A stretch of 64,000 nt of DNA from Octopus vulgaris (Eukaryota): positions 46,624,001-46,688,000 of the forward strand of contig OX597827.1 of assembly GCA_951406725.2 (NCBI GenBank). Direction: 5' to 3'. Every line of letters starts with the position of its first letter. Position 1 is the stretch's first letter. The notes beneath the pieces were generated by a model. It worked only from the letters and a program-made list of their open reading frames with translations. It did no database searches and was not told where the DNA came from. Below, piece by piece: positions 25,458-40,118 of the stretch. The position numbers and the translations under genes are program-made.

Positions 25458-26049
25458 CTATAAAGGACGATGTTAATGTAGTTTGAACTGCCACATTCTG
25501 TTGGCAAATAAACTTTACTATTCAGTACTGTTACTGTATTTCCCCCGCTGAGAGATTTAAAACAAATATATTAAATACTTTTATAGAAAATATTTTCATT
25601 CTAAATTTTCATCGTTCTCTTAAATTTAAATGTTTTTTTAATTAAAGGAAAAAGAAAAGAAACATTGTGTGTTTGTTTTCGAAAGAAATATATTGTCAAT
25701 AAATATTTTTTATATGTTTTTGATCCAACTAAATTTGACTTTTATTTTTTTAAAACCAAAAATAGCAGACATTTAAGTTTTTCATTGTTACATTTAATTC
25801 TAATTTGCAAATAGATAAAAACTTAGAATTTGGTTTGTACGTGTTTTCTGATTCAGCTAAAATATTAACTTTACTTTTCAATATATAAACATTTATATAT
25901 TTTCAATGTTTTTTCCCTGAATTTTCAGTTAAAAATTAATAAAGAAAGTAATTATGCAGCAGAAAAAGACAAAATGTCTGCCTGTCATATGACAGAAACA
26001 GATGAGAAATTATTTCTATGATACGCACGAAGCCACACATTTCTCGTGA

Positions 26050-26372
26050 AGGCACATGGCTTAGTGGTTAGGGGCATTTCGGTTTACGATCACAAGGTCG
26101 TGAGCTCAATTCCCGGTGACGTGTTGTGTCCTTGAGCAAAACACTTTATTTCACGTTGCTCCAGTCCACTCAGCTGGCAAAAATGACTAGTATCTGTAAT
26201 TCAAAGGGCTAGCCTTGTCATACTCTGTGTCACGCTGAATCTCCATGAAAGCTACGTTAAGGGTACACGTGTCTGTGGAATGCTCAGCCACTTGCACGTT
26301 AATTTCACGAATAAGTTGTTCCGTTGATCGTATCAGTTGGGCTACTCGTCGTCGTAACCGACGGAATACTCC
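26050..26372 (+). mobile_element. SINE family 3, full length
   Basis: Homologous to 5818-6125 and 44172-44490. Confidence 0.88.
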
Positions 26373-26520
26373 TTTTTAACATATTTCTCTCTCTCAGTAT
26401 ATATATTCTTTTACTCTTTTATTTTTTTAATTGTTTCATTCATTTGACTGTGGCCATGCTGGAGCACCGCCTTTAATTAAATATCATCCCTGGTGGGTAT
26501 ATATATATATATATATATAT

Positions 26521-26665
26521 AAGAAGAAATAAGGTACTCAGAAATCTGGATGGTTTTATATTTACAGATTTTTATTAATATGTCACATGTTTTTATAAAT
26601 CATATATTAGCGCTTGCATCCACTCTAGTGGATTCTTCAGATTTCTGAGTATCTTATTTCTTCTT
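26521..26665 (-). mobile_element. Short fold-back element in (TA)n with a degenerate hammerhead motif
   Basis: Arms 26521-26548 / 26638-26665. Minus strand: CTGAAGA ATCCAC taga GTGGAT GCAA GCGC TA. Confidence 0.6.
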
Positions 26666-26925
26666 ATATATAATAGCTTTACATCACCTCCAAACTTCTA
26701 ATATATATATGAAAAATTGATATAGACAGCCGTGTGCAATGTGTTAACAAAAAGGAAAACTATAATTATCACTAAATACGACTAGGTTGTTAGAACACAT
26801 AAATTGCTAGAAGAGCTAAAAGCTCTATATATACAATTATCTGCTTTAACTACAGCATCAGAGCTTTTTAGCTCTTATTTTTAGCGATGTAGGTGTTTTA
26901 ACATCCTAATCATATCTAATGACAG

Positions 26926-26978
<53 letters not shown>

Positions 26979-27047
26979 CATACATACATACATAATACAT
27001 ATATATATTTATATATATATATATATTTATATATATATACACACACA

Positions 27048-27277
27048 CTCTTTTACTTGTTTCAGTCATTTGACTGCGGCCTTGCTGGAGCACCGCCTTT
27101 CGTCAAATTAATCGACTCCAGGACTTATTCTTCGTAAGCCTGGTATTTATTCCATCAGTCTCTTTGCCGAACTGCTAAGTTACGGGGAGGTAAACGCATC
27201 AACAGCGATTGTCAAGTGATGGTGGGAGGTGGGGACAAACACAGACACTTATCTACATACATACATACATACATACA

Positions 27278-27312
<35 letters not shown>

Positions 27313-27420
27313 GTATATATATATACACACACACGATGTCTTCCACTATAGACTCGGGTCGACCAAAGCCTTGTGAGTGGATTTGATAGACGGAAACTGA
27401 AAGAAGCCTGTCGTATATAT
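27048..27420 (-). mobile_element. Rearranged SINE family 1 segments
   Basis: Reverse-complement homology to 14757-15162. Confidence 0.75.
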
Positions 27421-27547
27421 ATATAAATATATAATTAATCCAAACATGAACAAAAAGAAAACACAACGCGAGAACGTGGAACAAGTATAGTGTTATTAGA
27501 CTCTCAGGAAAGGAAAGAAAGAAGGAGGATATATATATATATATCCT

Positions 27548-27655
<108 letters not shown>

Positions 27656-27659
27656 GTCT

Positions 27660-27895
27660 GTGTGTGTGTGTGCGCGTGCATGTGTTTGTGCGTCTGTGTT
27701 TGTCCTCGCAACATCGCTTGACAACCGATGCTGGTTTGTTTGTGTCCCCATAACTTAGCGGTTCGGCAATAGAGACCGATAGAGTAAGTACTAGGCTTAC
27801 AAGGAGTACGTCCTGGGGGGCGATTTGCTCGACTAAAGGTGGTGCTCCAGAATGGCCGCAGTCAAATGACTGAAACAAATAGAAGAATAAAAGAA
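27660..27895 (+). mobile_element. SINE family 1, 3' half
   Basis: Homology to 14960-15162. Confidence 0.82.
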
Positions 27896-28516
27896 GATGC
27901 TGTGAATGGCTATGGAGGTCCAGTAAAACAGGAATCAAAGGGATATATAGGGGCCAAAAATAAAAGAAAACAAAATGGTTGAAGCCTGGTATTTATTCAA
28001 TTTCTTTGACGAACCGCCAGGTTACTGGGCCGTAAATAACCAACACTGGTTGCCAAGTGTTGGTGAGGGACAGATACAAACACAAAGACACGCACACACG
28101 CACACACAGAACAGGCTTCTTTCAGCTTCCGTCTACCAAATCCGCTCACAAGACTTTGGCAGGTCCGGGGTTATGTAGAAGAAACTTGCTCAAGGAGTCC
28201 ACGCAATGGGACTGAACCCGGAACCATGTTCTTGGGAAGGAAACATCTTACCATACATTGTTACCACGCAACCGCTCTAGGAACGGTAAATCTCGAAGCA
28301 AATTAAGCTATAAATAGGAGTGTGTAAATTTTGGGGTGAAAAACTATTTGAATAGAAAAAGTTGAACGCTGCCATAGGACTCGAACCCGCATAAGGTTGG
28401 GAAGTAAGCTTCTTACCACACAGCCGCTCCTGCTCTCTCTCTCACTCTCTCTTCTCTTACTCACTCACTCACTCACTCACTCACTCACTCACTCACACAC
28501 ACACTCACTCACTCAC

Positions 28517-28576
<60 letters not shown>

Positions 28577-28739
28577 AGGACGCTGCTGGTAAGAAGTTAG
28601 CTTCCCAACCACATGGTTCTGAGTTCAGTCCCACTGCAGACCATCTAGGGCCAGTGTCTTCTACTATACTCTCGGGCTGACCAAAACCTTGTGGGCAGAT
28701 TTGGTAGAGAGAAACTGAAAGAAGTACTTTATTTATCTT

Positions 28740-28834
<95 letters not shown>

Positions 28835-29577
28835 GTTTGTCTATGTCCACAGAGTTGTTGAATGTAATTCTATATACAAATGTGCGTCACTGGGTATTTG
28901 TAGGAGTAATGACAACACCAGAAAATCTCCTTTCAACAGTTCGGGTTATTGACCGACAACTAAAATTATCTTATTACCCCTCTCTTAAAGGAAGCATTAC
29001 ATCTAATTATGCATACATAAATACATACATATATATATGCATGCATGTATATATATACACACACACAAACACACACATATATATATATGTATATGTGTAT
29101 ATCTATGTGTCTGTGTGTGCGTGCGTGTACGTGCATGTGCGAGCGTATCACCTTACATAAAGACTATTAAATACTGCATCCTTGCTTCTTAGCAAATATT
29201 TACCTGTATAAAGGACCCACACACACTTACGCATACATACACACACATGTTTATATACAGACCCACGCGCAAACACCGATATGTATAGACTTACTTATGT
29301 ATGTATATACACACGTTCACATATGAAAGAGTGAAGAAAAGTAGTCAAATAGATGATGTGTTACTGAGTATTCCCAGAAATGTTAAAATTACCCAAATAT
29401 TTATTGGAATGGTTAAGTTTATTGACCAATAACGAACACTTTTCGACTCCGTTATGGTGACCGTACCTCGGTGTTCATAGTTGCACGTATGTATGTATGT
29501 ATGTATGTATGTATGTATGTATGTATGTATGTATGTATGTATGTATGTATGTATGTATGTGTGCATGTATGTATGTT

Positions 29578-29758
29578 ACTCTTTTATTTGTTTCTGACAT
29601 ATGACTACGACCATTCTGGAGCACCGCAGGACTTATTCTTTGTAAGCCTAGTACTTATTCTATCGGTCTCTTTTGCCGAACCGCTAAGTTACGAGAAGGT
29701 AAACACACCAGCATCGGTTGTCAAGCGATGGGGGGGGGGCACAGACACACACACACAT

Positions 29759-29834
<76 letters not shown>

Positions 29835-29972
29835 GATGGGCTTCTTTCAGTTTCCATCTACCAAATCCACTCACAAGGATTTGCTCAGCCTGAGGCTATA
29901 GTAGAAGACACTTGCCCAAGATGTCACGCAGTGGGACTGAACACGGAACCATGTGGTTTTTAAGCAAGCTAC
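29578..29972 (-). mobile_element. SINE family 1, 5' end interrupted by the Tx1-like element
   Basis: Reverse-complement homology; the head is cut off at ~29972, where the LINE 3' end begins. Confidence 0.8.
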
Positions 29973-32900
29973 TTTATTTAATAAAATTTGCCATGAAGGC
30001 ATTACAAAGAGGGGCGAATAAGGACAAACATAAAAAGGTGTAGTAGCTGCTATAACGTTTAAAAATTTATGATGATAAATTTATGATACAATTTAAAAAT
30101 TACAAATTGCTATTTACAAATTACAATTTACAAATTTACTAATTACTAATTACATGATAACGTGTTACTCATTGCGATTTGCAATGATTTCCCTGAAGGA
30201 AAGGCATCTGACCACCAGAGTAGAACCCTTGCTTTCTCTTTTCTTTTCCTTTTTTTGGACTCCACTTACCTGGTGCCAATCGCTCCCAACTTCCTTGCCA
30301 TAGGCTTCCATCTTTTCATGAATCTATCTCGTGACAGGTACCTCTTCTCCAACCTGATCTTACTACTGAGGTGGTAACTAAAATAGTTAACCAACCCCTG
30401 GTCGGATACAAAGGTACCCGTCACTATGCCTCTCACACGCGTCTTCCGTACTGCTTCTTTTAGTATGGCTACGACGCAGAAAAAGCAAGCCTTATTTTCC
30501 CTGTTAAGGGAAGGAGGTGGCACAATCTCGATGATAGATTCAGCTGATAGCTGTACTCTACCCATCGATGGCAACAGTTGTTCTGTGAAAGCTATCAGTC
30601 CCGTTAATTCCGGACATTCCACAAATGCGTGCAAGACAGTTTCCCTGTCCCGCCTGCACCTAGAACATGCCGGCGAGACCGCACTTCCGTGCATTGACAG
30701 TTTATCACGAACAGGTAATGTCGCACGGAAGTACTGCCAAGCCAAGGATTTCTGGTAATTATTCAGGTACCCCGGCCCGAAAGTTCTTCTGAACATGTCG
30801 ATCAACTGATTTTCATCGCCCCCAAGGGGTCTTCGGACATCATTTCCACTAACCCGCTATAAAAATCCGCAGTGGAGCTCCTATTGCTGGCATTGCCCAC
30901 CTGAGAGAGTAGCTGAAGTGCCTGACGACACTCCAATTGCCAGTCCCTCAGCCTAGGTCCCTGCTTGATCTAGTTACCAATGTCCGTTAAGGACGTTAAC
31001 TGTGGAAGGTAGAACCGGACGTGCGGTGACCACACATGCTCTCCATCCAGGTAAAGCCAGAGGTGCCTCAACCTTAACGCGAGTTTTCGCACCCTCAGCC
31101 AAGTCATCCCTAGTCCACCCTTTAGCGGTTTCTGGCAGCAGACAGAGCGCTTCACAAGTGACTTTCCTCCTTTTTACAAAAAGTGGAAAAGATTCTCTCC
31201 AACTTGTTCAGTCACAAATCAGGGCAAGAAACCACAGTCAGGCGGTAGGTAATAACCGACGCTATAAACATATGCACCACCTCCGCCTTTCCTAGCAAGG
31301 ACAACGCCCGCCTAGACCAGGTCTGGGTTAGATCAGTCACATTTCTAGCTACCTCACTCCAATTTTTCTCTATCTGGAGGCCTGGCCCAAACCAGACTCC
31401 AAGCAGCTTAACAGGACCTTCCATCCAACGCCCCACGACGTTATTGGACGGCACCGGCTTGGCCCTCCAGATGCCGAGTTGCAAACCGACCGACTTGTCC
31501 TTGTTAACATTTGCTCCTGCCACAGCCTGGTAACTTTTAATTGCCTCTTCCAGCACTGGAAGCTGGCCCTCATCCGCCACGATGATGGAGATGTCATTCG
31601 CATACGCTGTGGCTCCTCTTCCACACTATACATCATGCGGTGTGCCTCCTAGTGGCTCCAACTTCCGCAGTAATGGCTCGAGAGCCAACACATACAAAAG
31701 CGGAGACAGGGGACACCCCTGACGCACTGAGCGCTCGATTCTGAATGGCTTCGAATGGAAACCATTCACTTTTATGACAGACTCGATGTCGCTGTACAAC
31801 GCAGCAATCCAACCGCGGAAGGTCAGGCCCAGGCCAGCCTTCTCGAGAACCGCCGCCAAGTACCGATGGTCGACCCTATCAAATGCCTTAGACTGGTCTA
31901 TATGTACCAGTGCCCCCGCCCCTGCATCAGAAAGTTTTCCCACCCTCTCTAAGCAGTAGCGTATAAGGTGGAAATTGTCGTGGATCGTCCTGCTTGGGAT
32001 TGCACACGTTTGCGCTTCCCCTACAGGTCTGTCCTCTGTACTAATACCTTAATCCGGCTACGCTATGCTTCGCAATTCAAAATAGACTTGTTCAGCATCC
32101 AGTTGCCGGATCCTCTCTTAACTGTACTATCTATATCCAGTCTACACTTAACCATTCTAAGGTCAGTGTAAGCTATTTGGACAAGATGTGGACAGCTAAA
32201 ACTAGGCTTATCTCTAGTTCTTATCACTATCATATCTAAGTAAGACTTAAACCTTCCGTCGCCGCTAATCCAGGTCCACTCTGGGACGCTCGGATGGTCA
32301 GGTCTGTAACGATCCGCTAGCTGAAAACGCTCTACTTGTATTCTGAGGGCGATATCCTCACCCAAGAGCACCCTCTCTGGAAGCATTTCGATATCTTCCT
32401 GGGTTCCCTGAATAATGGCAGAAATGCTCTGCCCGAGCCAGTTTTGTGGGTCAGAGTGTGTGATCTGAAGGAAGGCGATTTTGTCCGTCCTGTTATACAA
32501 CAGGACAGCCATCACCTCCCTTACATCAACTTCAGGTGGCACTTCTGTAACTCTTACTCGAGCAGTTCGTCACCCCATGTAGGTTGGCAGAAGTAGCAAC
32601 TCCTTCGTTTTCAGGGGACTCACTGAGTGCTCTTGGGCTTTTACTTTTGTTTCAAATCTGGCCTCTACTGTGCCATAAGTACGGCCCCTCGCTATATACT
32701 TTATGTCTTCCCATATGGGAGCCAGACATTTTTCAATTTTGCACTGCTGAAAGTGCTTAAATTTCTTTGTTGAAGGACAGTATGTTTTGAAAACAACTGT
32801 CCTTCTTTTCGATTCTTTAACACTAGGTGAGGGTGATATTTTTATATCACCCCACTCTTCTTTCATTTTTTCAAACAGCTCGGAGAGCTTTTCCTTTGGT

Positions 32901-33245
32901 AGTTCGACGTTTTCAGTAGCCACTACTGTAACTGCTGAAAATTTCTTAACTGGCTCTTCCAGTGAATTTTTCTTTGAAATTATTTCGACCGACATATTGG
33001 TTCGAAATAAATTTATACCCAATTTAATCCCAGAAAACAGGAAACCTATAATTTTTTCCTTTTTTTTCTCTCAACGAGGACAACAGTTCAAATCCCACCC
33101 CTGTTGGGGGCGAGACGTAACAACAAAGCCTACAAGAGCCGAAATTAAATTTTTCACAGAATAAAAAAAATACGGTATCCCAAAAAGCGGGAAACCTATA
33201 ATATGTTTTTTTCTTCCTCACAACGAGGACAACAGTTCAAATCTC
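29973..33245 (-). mobile_element. Decayed L1/Tx1-clade non-LTR retrotransposon (ORF1 remnant, partial APE, RT, zf-RVT)
   Basis: IDQSKAFDRVDH, SVRQGCPLSPLLY, AYANDIS (YADD variant), KGGLG and CSRC...ETVLHAFVEC in frameshifted pieces; internal deletions; AATAAA on the minus strand at ~29975; ~150-bp duplicated unit at the 5' end (33041 and 33191). Confidence 0.9.
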
Positions 33246-33544
33246 ATGCTAGTGCCACTATTACTGAAACCAAATCCTTCATTGTCAATATCAACTAGTT
33301 TTATACCCTACACCCATCATTGACTGACAAACAGATGCTCCTAGCACCCTTGATCTCCTTGAGGGCCAGTCAATTAGATCAACTCCAATACGGAACTGGT
33401 ACTTAATTTATCAACCCCAAAAGATGAAAGGCAAAGTCAACCCCAGCAGAATTTGAACTCAGAATGTAATGACAGATGAAATACCGCTAAGCATTTTGCC
33501 TGGCATGCTAACATTTCTGCCTGCTTGCCACCTCTTAAATAAAC

Positions 33545-34480
33545 TATCACCATCTCTGTACCTATTGAGTTGTTTAATCACTGCCTTGTTGTAACTACCC
33601 ACCACATATATAGGGTAAACTGCCCCCCCCCCTCACAGACACATCTCCCAGCCTTATAGCACTTCAAGCTAGAGCTCTACTAGCAGTATACTTCAGTCCT
33701 GGCCCACTAGAAACATGTTCATAAGTGACTAAAATTATCCTCATGAGTATATTCTTCCACATCCCCTACACAACCAAAATGTGCTGCAGCAGTTCATATA
33801 AAGAACATGGTCTACAATGCTTGGAAAGAATTCCTACCCTTACACATTGAATGGTTTTTACCTCGCATTGCAACACCTGTAAAAAGACAGTTGATAGGTG
33901 CAGCCACTCCTTTTAGTTCCTTGCCAAAAGGATTACTATCAACCTAGCAGATTCTTTCTTTCCTTCACTTCTCAATCAGTACTTCTATGAATAAGACTTC
34001 CTACTTTCACATCTGACTCCGTATTGTACACATGTAAATCTCCCAAACTATTTCTTGACACTCCATCAAGTTCAAAACCATTCACACATACCAAATGAGA
34101 GGCACTCCAGTTGGTTTAAACTAGCCCACCAGTCCTGATGATGCTTCTTCCATTACTACCAAACAATGTAACGCAGAGCTAGCCCCTGTTCTCACCAAAC
34201 TTTCCAATCTCTTCTTTCCCTCTTTCTCTCTGTCTGTCTCTCTCTCTTTCCGTCTGTCTGTCTGTCTTTCTGTGGATATGTTCCAATCTTTGGAAATATG
34301 CTACAATATTTCCCAGTCCTAAGAAGGTTTCTCTTTGCTTTTTGTTGTCCTATTCTACTCATTTCTAATGTTCCAAATGTAACTGACACAGGCATTGAAC
34401 AACAATTTTCTCCATTACCTTAAATCTCTTTTTATTTTTTAATAACCACATGGACTTCCTAAGTCAATCCAGAAAAAAAC
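33545..34480 (+). mobile_element. Highly decayed CR1/L2-like LINE remnant
   Basis: Near 34130 it translates to SPDDASSITTKQCNAELAPVLTKLSNL, resembling GPDGIP..VLK.C..EL...L..LFN. Confidence 0.5.
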
Positions 34481-34640
34481 CCATCTAAATGTCTTCTATT
34501 ATAGCCTTAAGCTGACCAAAGCCTTGTGAGTGGATTTGGTAGACAGAAACTGATAAAAGCCTTGGTTTCTCCACCCATTACAGTGACTCTTTCACTCCTG
34601 CCTCTTCCCTTTCCCCTTGGCTTCACAGACTCCCCAACCA

Positions 34641-34732
<92 letters not shown>

Positions 34733-34735
<3 letters not shown>

Positions 34736-35401
34736 CACGACAATTTCCACCTTATACGCTACTGCTTAGAGAGGGTGGGAAAACTTTCTGATGCAGGGGC
34801 GGGGGCACTGGTACATATAGACCAGTCTAAGGCATTTGATAGGGTCGACCATCGGTACTTGGCGGCGGTTCTCGAGAAGGCTGGCCTGGGCCTGACCTTC
34901 CGCGGTTGGATTGCTGCGTTGTACAGCGACATCGAGTCTGTCATAAAAGTGAATGGTTTCCATTCGAAGCCATTCAGAATCGAGCGCTCAGTGCGTCAGG
35001 GGTGTCCCCTGTCTCCGCTTTTGTATGTGTTGGCTCTCGAGCCATTACTGCGGAAGTTGGAGCCACTAGGAGGCACACCGCATGATGTATAGTGTGGAAG
35101 AGGAGCCACAGCGTATGCGAATGACATCTCCATCATCGTGGCGGATGAGGGCCAGCTTCCAGTGCTGGAAGAGGCAATTAAAAGTTACCAGGCTGTGGCA
35201 GGAGCAAATGTTAACAAGGACAAGTCGGTCGGTTTGCAACTCGGCATCTGGAGGGCCAAGCCGGTGCCGTCCAATAACGTCGTGGGGCGTTGGATGGAAG
35301 GTCCTGTTAAGCTGCTTGGAGTCTGGTTTGGGCCAGGCCTCCAGATAGAGAAAAATTGGAGTGAGGTAGCTAGAAATGTGACTGATCTAACCCAGACCTG
35401 G
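34733..35401 (+). repeat. Inverted duplicate (669 bp) of the Tx1 RT core at 31317-31985
   Basis: Same length; the overlapping ORF translations are identical, including the frameshift after GGTPHDV; starts right after (CT)n. Confidence 0.93.
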
Positions 35402-35569
35402 GCCTGTATACTTTCTTTCTTTCTTTCTTTCTTCCTTCCTTCCTTTTTTTAATCATTTCATTATATGTAAACCCCCACACTTTGTCTTTGTATTGTTCCC
35501 CTCATCCTTCGCCCTTGTGGTAAATAAATGAAATCATCATCATCGTCATCATCATCACCATCATCATCA

Positions 35570-35648
<79 letters not shown>

Positions 35649-35679
35649 CAGCATCATTATTAGCCTACAATATAGTATA

Positions 35680-35764
<85 letters not shown>

Positions 35765-35770
35765 ATATAT

Positions 35771-35809
<39 letters not shown>

Positions 35810-36329
35810 CGTATATATACATATATATTTATAAATAATGCATAGAAACCCACACATGTATGCGCAGAAGTCTCTCATACACTTTGTCCTTTAATTCTCA
35901 CATTTAGCTATTTCTTGATTCAGCAATGACCATCTTTAATTACCAACTTCGTTGTTTCTTTCTATATCCCTTATCCATTCCCATCAAATCTACATTATCT
36001 TATTTTATCTTCGTCTTCTCGTTATGCTCTGACACAGCAATGGCAGACTTACTTAACGATGTGTCACGTGATAATTCTGTAACTCTTTTGAATAAGGAGA
36101 TCAGTTAAATTGTGCGTGGCAATTAAATGTCGTCCGCTATGCGAATTTTATGTATTTTTGTTGCTTCTTTTTTTTGTTGTTATTGCCTCCTCCCACCTCA
36201 CTCCGCCTCCGTTCCAGTGTTGCCCATTAGTAACGCGTTTGTTTGTTTGTCGTTTCTGGAATTGAGAGGAGACTATCAGAGAAAGTTTCGAATATCAAGA
36301 TGAACACGTATCAAAGGCAAAAAGAAAAA

Positions 36330-36840
36330 TGATAGGTAGAGCGAATATAGAAATAGAGAAAGCAAGTGAAAGAATGAGAGAAAGAAATAGATAGATAGAT
36401 AGATAGAGAGAGAGATAGAAATATAGATAGATAGAGAGAGGGAGAGGAAGAGAGAGGGAGAAAGATTGAGAGATTGATAGATTGATAGATAGATCGATAG
36501 AAAGGGAGAAGGAGAGGGAGTATAAGAGAGAGAGAGAGAGAGAAAGATAGATAGATTGATAGATAGAGAGAGAGAGAGGGAGAGTGAGAGGGAGAAAGAG
36601 GGAGAGAGAGAGATAAAAAGAGAAACAGGGAGATAGAGAATGAGATATAGATAGATTGATAGATTGATAGATAGATCGATAGAGAGAGAGAAGGAGGGTA
36701 AGAGAGAGAGAGAAAGTGTGAGAGAAAGATAGATAGATTGATAGATAGAGAGGGAGAGTAAGAGAGAGAAAGAGGAGAGAGAAAGAAAGAAAGAGAGAAA
36801 ATAAGAGAGAAAGAGAGAAAGAGAGAGAGAAATAGGAAGA
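36330..36840. repeat. GA-rich low-complexity tract
   Basis: Directly visible (GA/GATA mosaics). Confidence 0.95.
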
Positions 36841-37240
36841 CGATTCTGGCGTTGTTTTCCTTTTACTGTTTTCCTCGGCAATCTTCAGAATAATAGCAGG
36901 AGTGACAATGGTAAGAAATGGCACGTTAAAGAAACAAGGAAGGAAAGAGACGGTGAGTAAGAGGGAAAGGAACGAGTGACAGATAAAGAAAGAGAGGAGA
37001 GGAACACGAAGAGAATGGTTGTGGTCTGCTAAGAGATAATTATTTATCTCCTTACTATGAGTTCAGTTTTAATTAAGTCTCTATTTTAATTGATTATTTT
37101 AAGTATGTGAATTTCACTATCATCATCATCATCATCATTATTATGTTTGAATTTTGCTTTACATTTGTACAAGTTGGTTCCAAGTCTCACCTAGAGACCT
37201 CAAGAGACAGCAAGTTGGAAGTTCATGTTGGTGTTATGCC

Positions 37241-37277
<37 letters not shown>

Positions 37278-37418
37278 CATCATCATCATCATCATCATCA
37301 TCAGTGAAACGAGTTGGGTGGGGTTAATCTGTCTACAAATGCCCTAATTATATCAATCTTGTGTAATCCCTAAACAATCTGCATTACACACACACACATG
37401 ATGATAACACTTCGTTTC

Positions 37419-37492
<74 letters not shown>

Positions 37493-37697
37493 GTCTATCT
37501 GTCTGTCAGTCTGTCTGTCTGTCTGTTTATCTGTCTTTGTGTGTGCTTCTATCTGTCTGTCTGTCTGTCTGTCTGTATGTATGTATGTATGTATGTATGT
37601 ATGTATGTATCTGTCTGTCTGTCTGTCCGTCTGTCTATGTGTGTGTCTGTATGTATGTATGCATGTATGTATGTATGTATGTATGTATGTATGTATG

Positions 37698-37735
<38 letters not shown>

Positions 37736-37808
37736 ACTGTCGGTTTGTCTGTCTGTCAGTGTGTGTGTATGTCTATGTACTTATGCATGTATGTATGTAT
37801 GTATATAA

Positions 37809-37900
<92 letters not shown>
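37419..37900. repeat. Compound (CTAT)n/(CTGT)n/(GTAT)n microsatellite
   Basis: Directly visible. Confidence 0.97.
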
Positions 37901-38476
37901 AGAGGTGAGCTAAATGCTTTAACAACATACAATTTATGGTGCCGAATGCGAAATCTGAAACCGTTGGCATGGGTTCGAATAGACTGTTAATACAGCTAAA
38001 TGTTGACCACTTTTACGAGAAGAAAAAAAAACCCAATGTAAACACATGAAATCAAAGAATTCCACTCGTCATCGCTATGAAATTACTGGCAACCGTTGCT
38101 TAGGAAGCGATCGATGTATAATCTTAGAAACCATTACGCGTTACCGTTTAAACCGTAATCGCTTTTAAAGGAAGGTTAATAGGCAAGGTCACAAGGTCAT
38201 GAGGTTAAAATGTTCGATTTGTAATTAGGTTTTCCGACTTTGATCCCACATTGTAATATGGTTAGTCAAGTGTCTTTAACCATAGTCTCGAGTTAACCGT
38301 TGTGGCGACATATATTGACCCCAGAGTCGTCTTAACAGCATTAAAATCAATGTACTGGGTCATATAGCCTTTATTTATTGACTGCAAACTACGGTATATA
38401 TGGATTAAAAATGGATTCATGGATCCAGTGGGCCCCCAGATAACTGCCCAATGTGTCTTAAGACGGTACTGATTGG

Positions 38477-38699
38477 AGCTGGCAGAAACGTTTGCACGCC
38501 GGGCGAAATGCTTAGCGGTATTTCGTCTGCGTTACGTTGTGAGTTCAAATTCCGCCGAGGTCGACTTTGCCTTTCATCCTTTCAGGGTCGATAAATTAAG
38601 TACCAGTTACGCACTGGGGTCGATGTAATCGACTTAATACCTATGTCTGTCCTTGTTTGTCCGCTCTGTGTTTAGCCCCTTGTGGGTAATAAAGAAATA
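38477..38699 (+). mobile_element. SINE family 2 with 12-bp target-site duplication
   Basis: GGTACTGATTGG at 38465-38476 and 38700-38711. Confidence 0.9.
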
Positions 38700-39516
38700 G
38701 GTACTGATTGGGCCACTCTGAAAATGTGACTTAGCTGACAGAATTAATTTCCTTTAAGTTGCAATCTTGTCTCCGTATAGGGTGAACATAAGGAGGATAT
38801 CCTAGGCAGAGGGCGTTCCTAAGACATTTGGTAGATATTTGTGATTTATGTGACTCTAAACAATCATGGGTAATCTACGGGCTGCGGGACTATGAATAAC
38901 GCGTTTAAGGAAAAATTATTTTGAAATTTTTAGTAGTACGGACCGCAAGATGATGAGCCGTGTCTCATGTGACCAGCTTCTCGAAAAATGCTTCTCATGC
39001 CTGCTCTCTGATGTAAATGTTTCTCAATGAAGGAGGAAGTCACTTCTTTTAAAGTTATAGGTCCGACATAAAGAATCGAGCGTTACGGTTGGTTGGTTGG
39101 TTCCCCACATTGGAACGTTTCTACACTGAAACGTTTGAGTCAATAGTGCGTGACAAATATGTAACAAATATGTTGAAGTGAGTAACGTTGCTATTCTTCC
39201 ATTTAATAAACTTACTGATACAGTTCCGTCTAACCACCGCCTGGGATTCCTTCAAAAGTTGACCTCGGTGGAATTCGAACTCCGTGGGGCATCTTTTCCG
39301 TCTGCTTGTTCTTCTGACACTGGCATTAAGCTGTATCGGCCTTACTCTTTTCTTGGTGTCGAGAGGGAAAAACTGGCAAACTGAAATGCATTGTTAGTCT
39401 TTAACAAAAATCCTTGATCAGGCATTTATCGTGGAGAAGAATTTTCCTGGTATGGAAAGCCTTGGTCAATCGTTATAGAACAATGCTCTATAAACTCACA
39501 GACACATGCGCACCAG

Positions 39517-39610
<94 letters not shown>

Positions 39611-39750
39611 CAAGATCCCTACTTGGCTCGATCTATAGACAGACGTCGTTTTCTATATAAACAGACGTCGGTGTAGGCAGACCTATACGTATTTAGTGAG
39701 AGAGGCACCAACATGTAGCTTTTTGAATTGATAGACATACCTATAGATTG

Positions 39751-39800
39751 AATGGCGGTGCCCCAGCATGGCCACAGCTCGTGAGCTGAAACTAGATAAA
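39751..39800 (+). mobile_element. Extreme 3' fragment related to the CR1/L2 LINE
   Basis: AATGGCGGTGCCCCAGCATGGCCACAGCTCGTGAGCTGAAACTAGA nearly matches 55022-55067. Confidence 0.8.
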
Positions 39801-40074
39801 ATGAAAAATACAAGTACCAATAAATAGACAATTATATACATCTATTAATAATCCGTCGTCACCCGCAAACGAGTATGGCTTGATAATTAACAAAAGCATG
39901 GTACTTATTATAATAAGTAGCATGCTTTTGTTAATTGTTTTAGGTGCCTATGTAAGTCTTGAGCAGACATATAGTCATCTTATCTCTCATTATTTGTCTC
40001 AGCAGCAAATCCAGGATGTAAGAGCTGGAAGTAGATAAGCTGATAGATAGAAAGAGAGAGGGAGAGAGAGAGAG

Positions 40075-40118
<44 letters not shown>

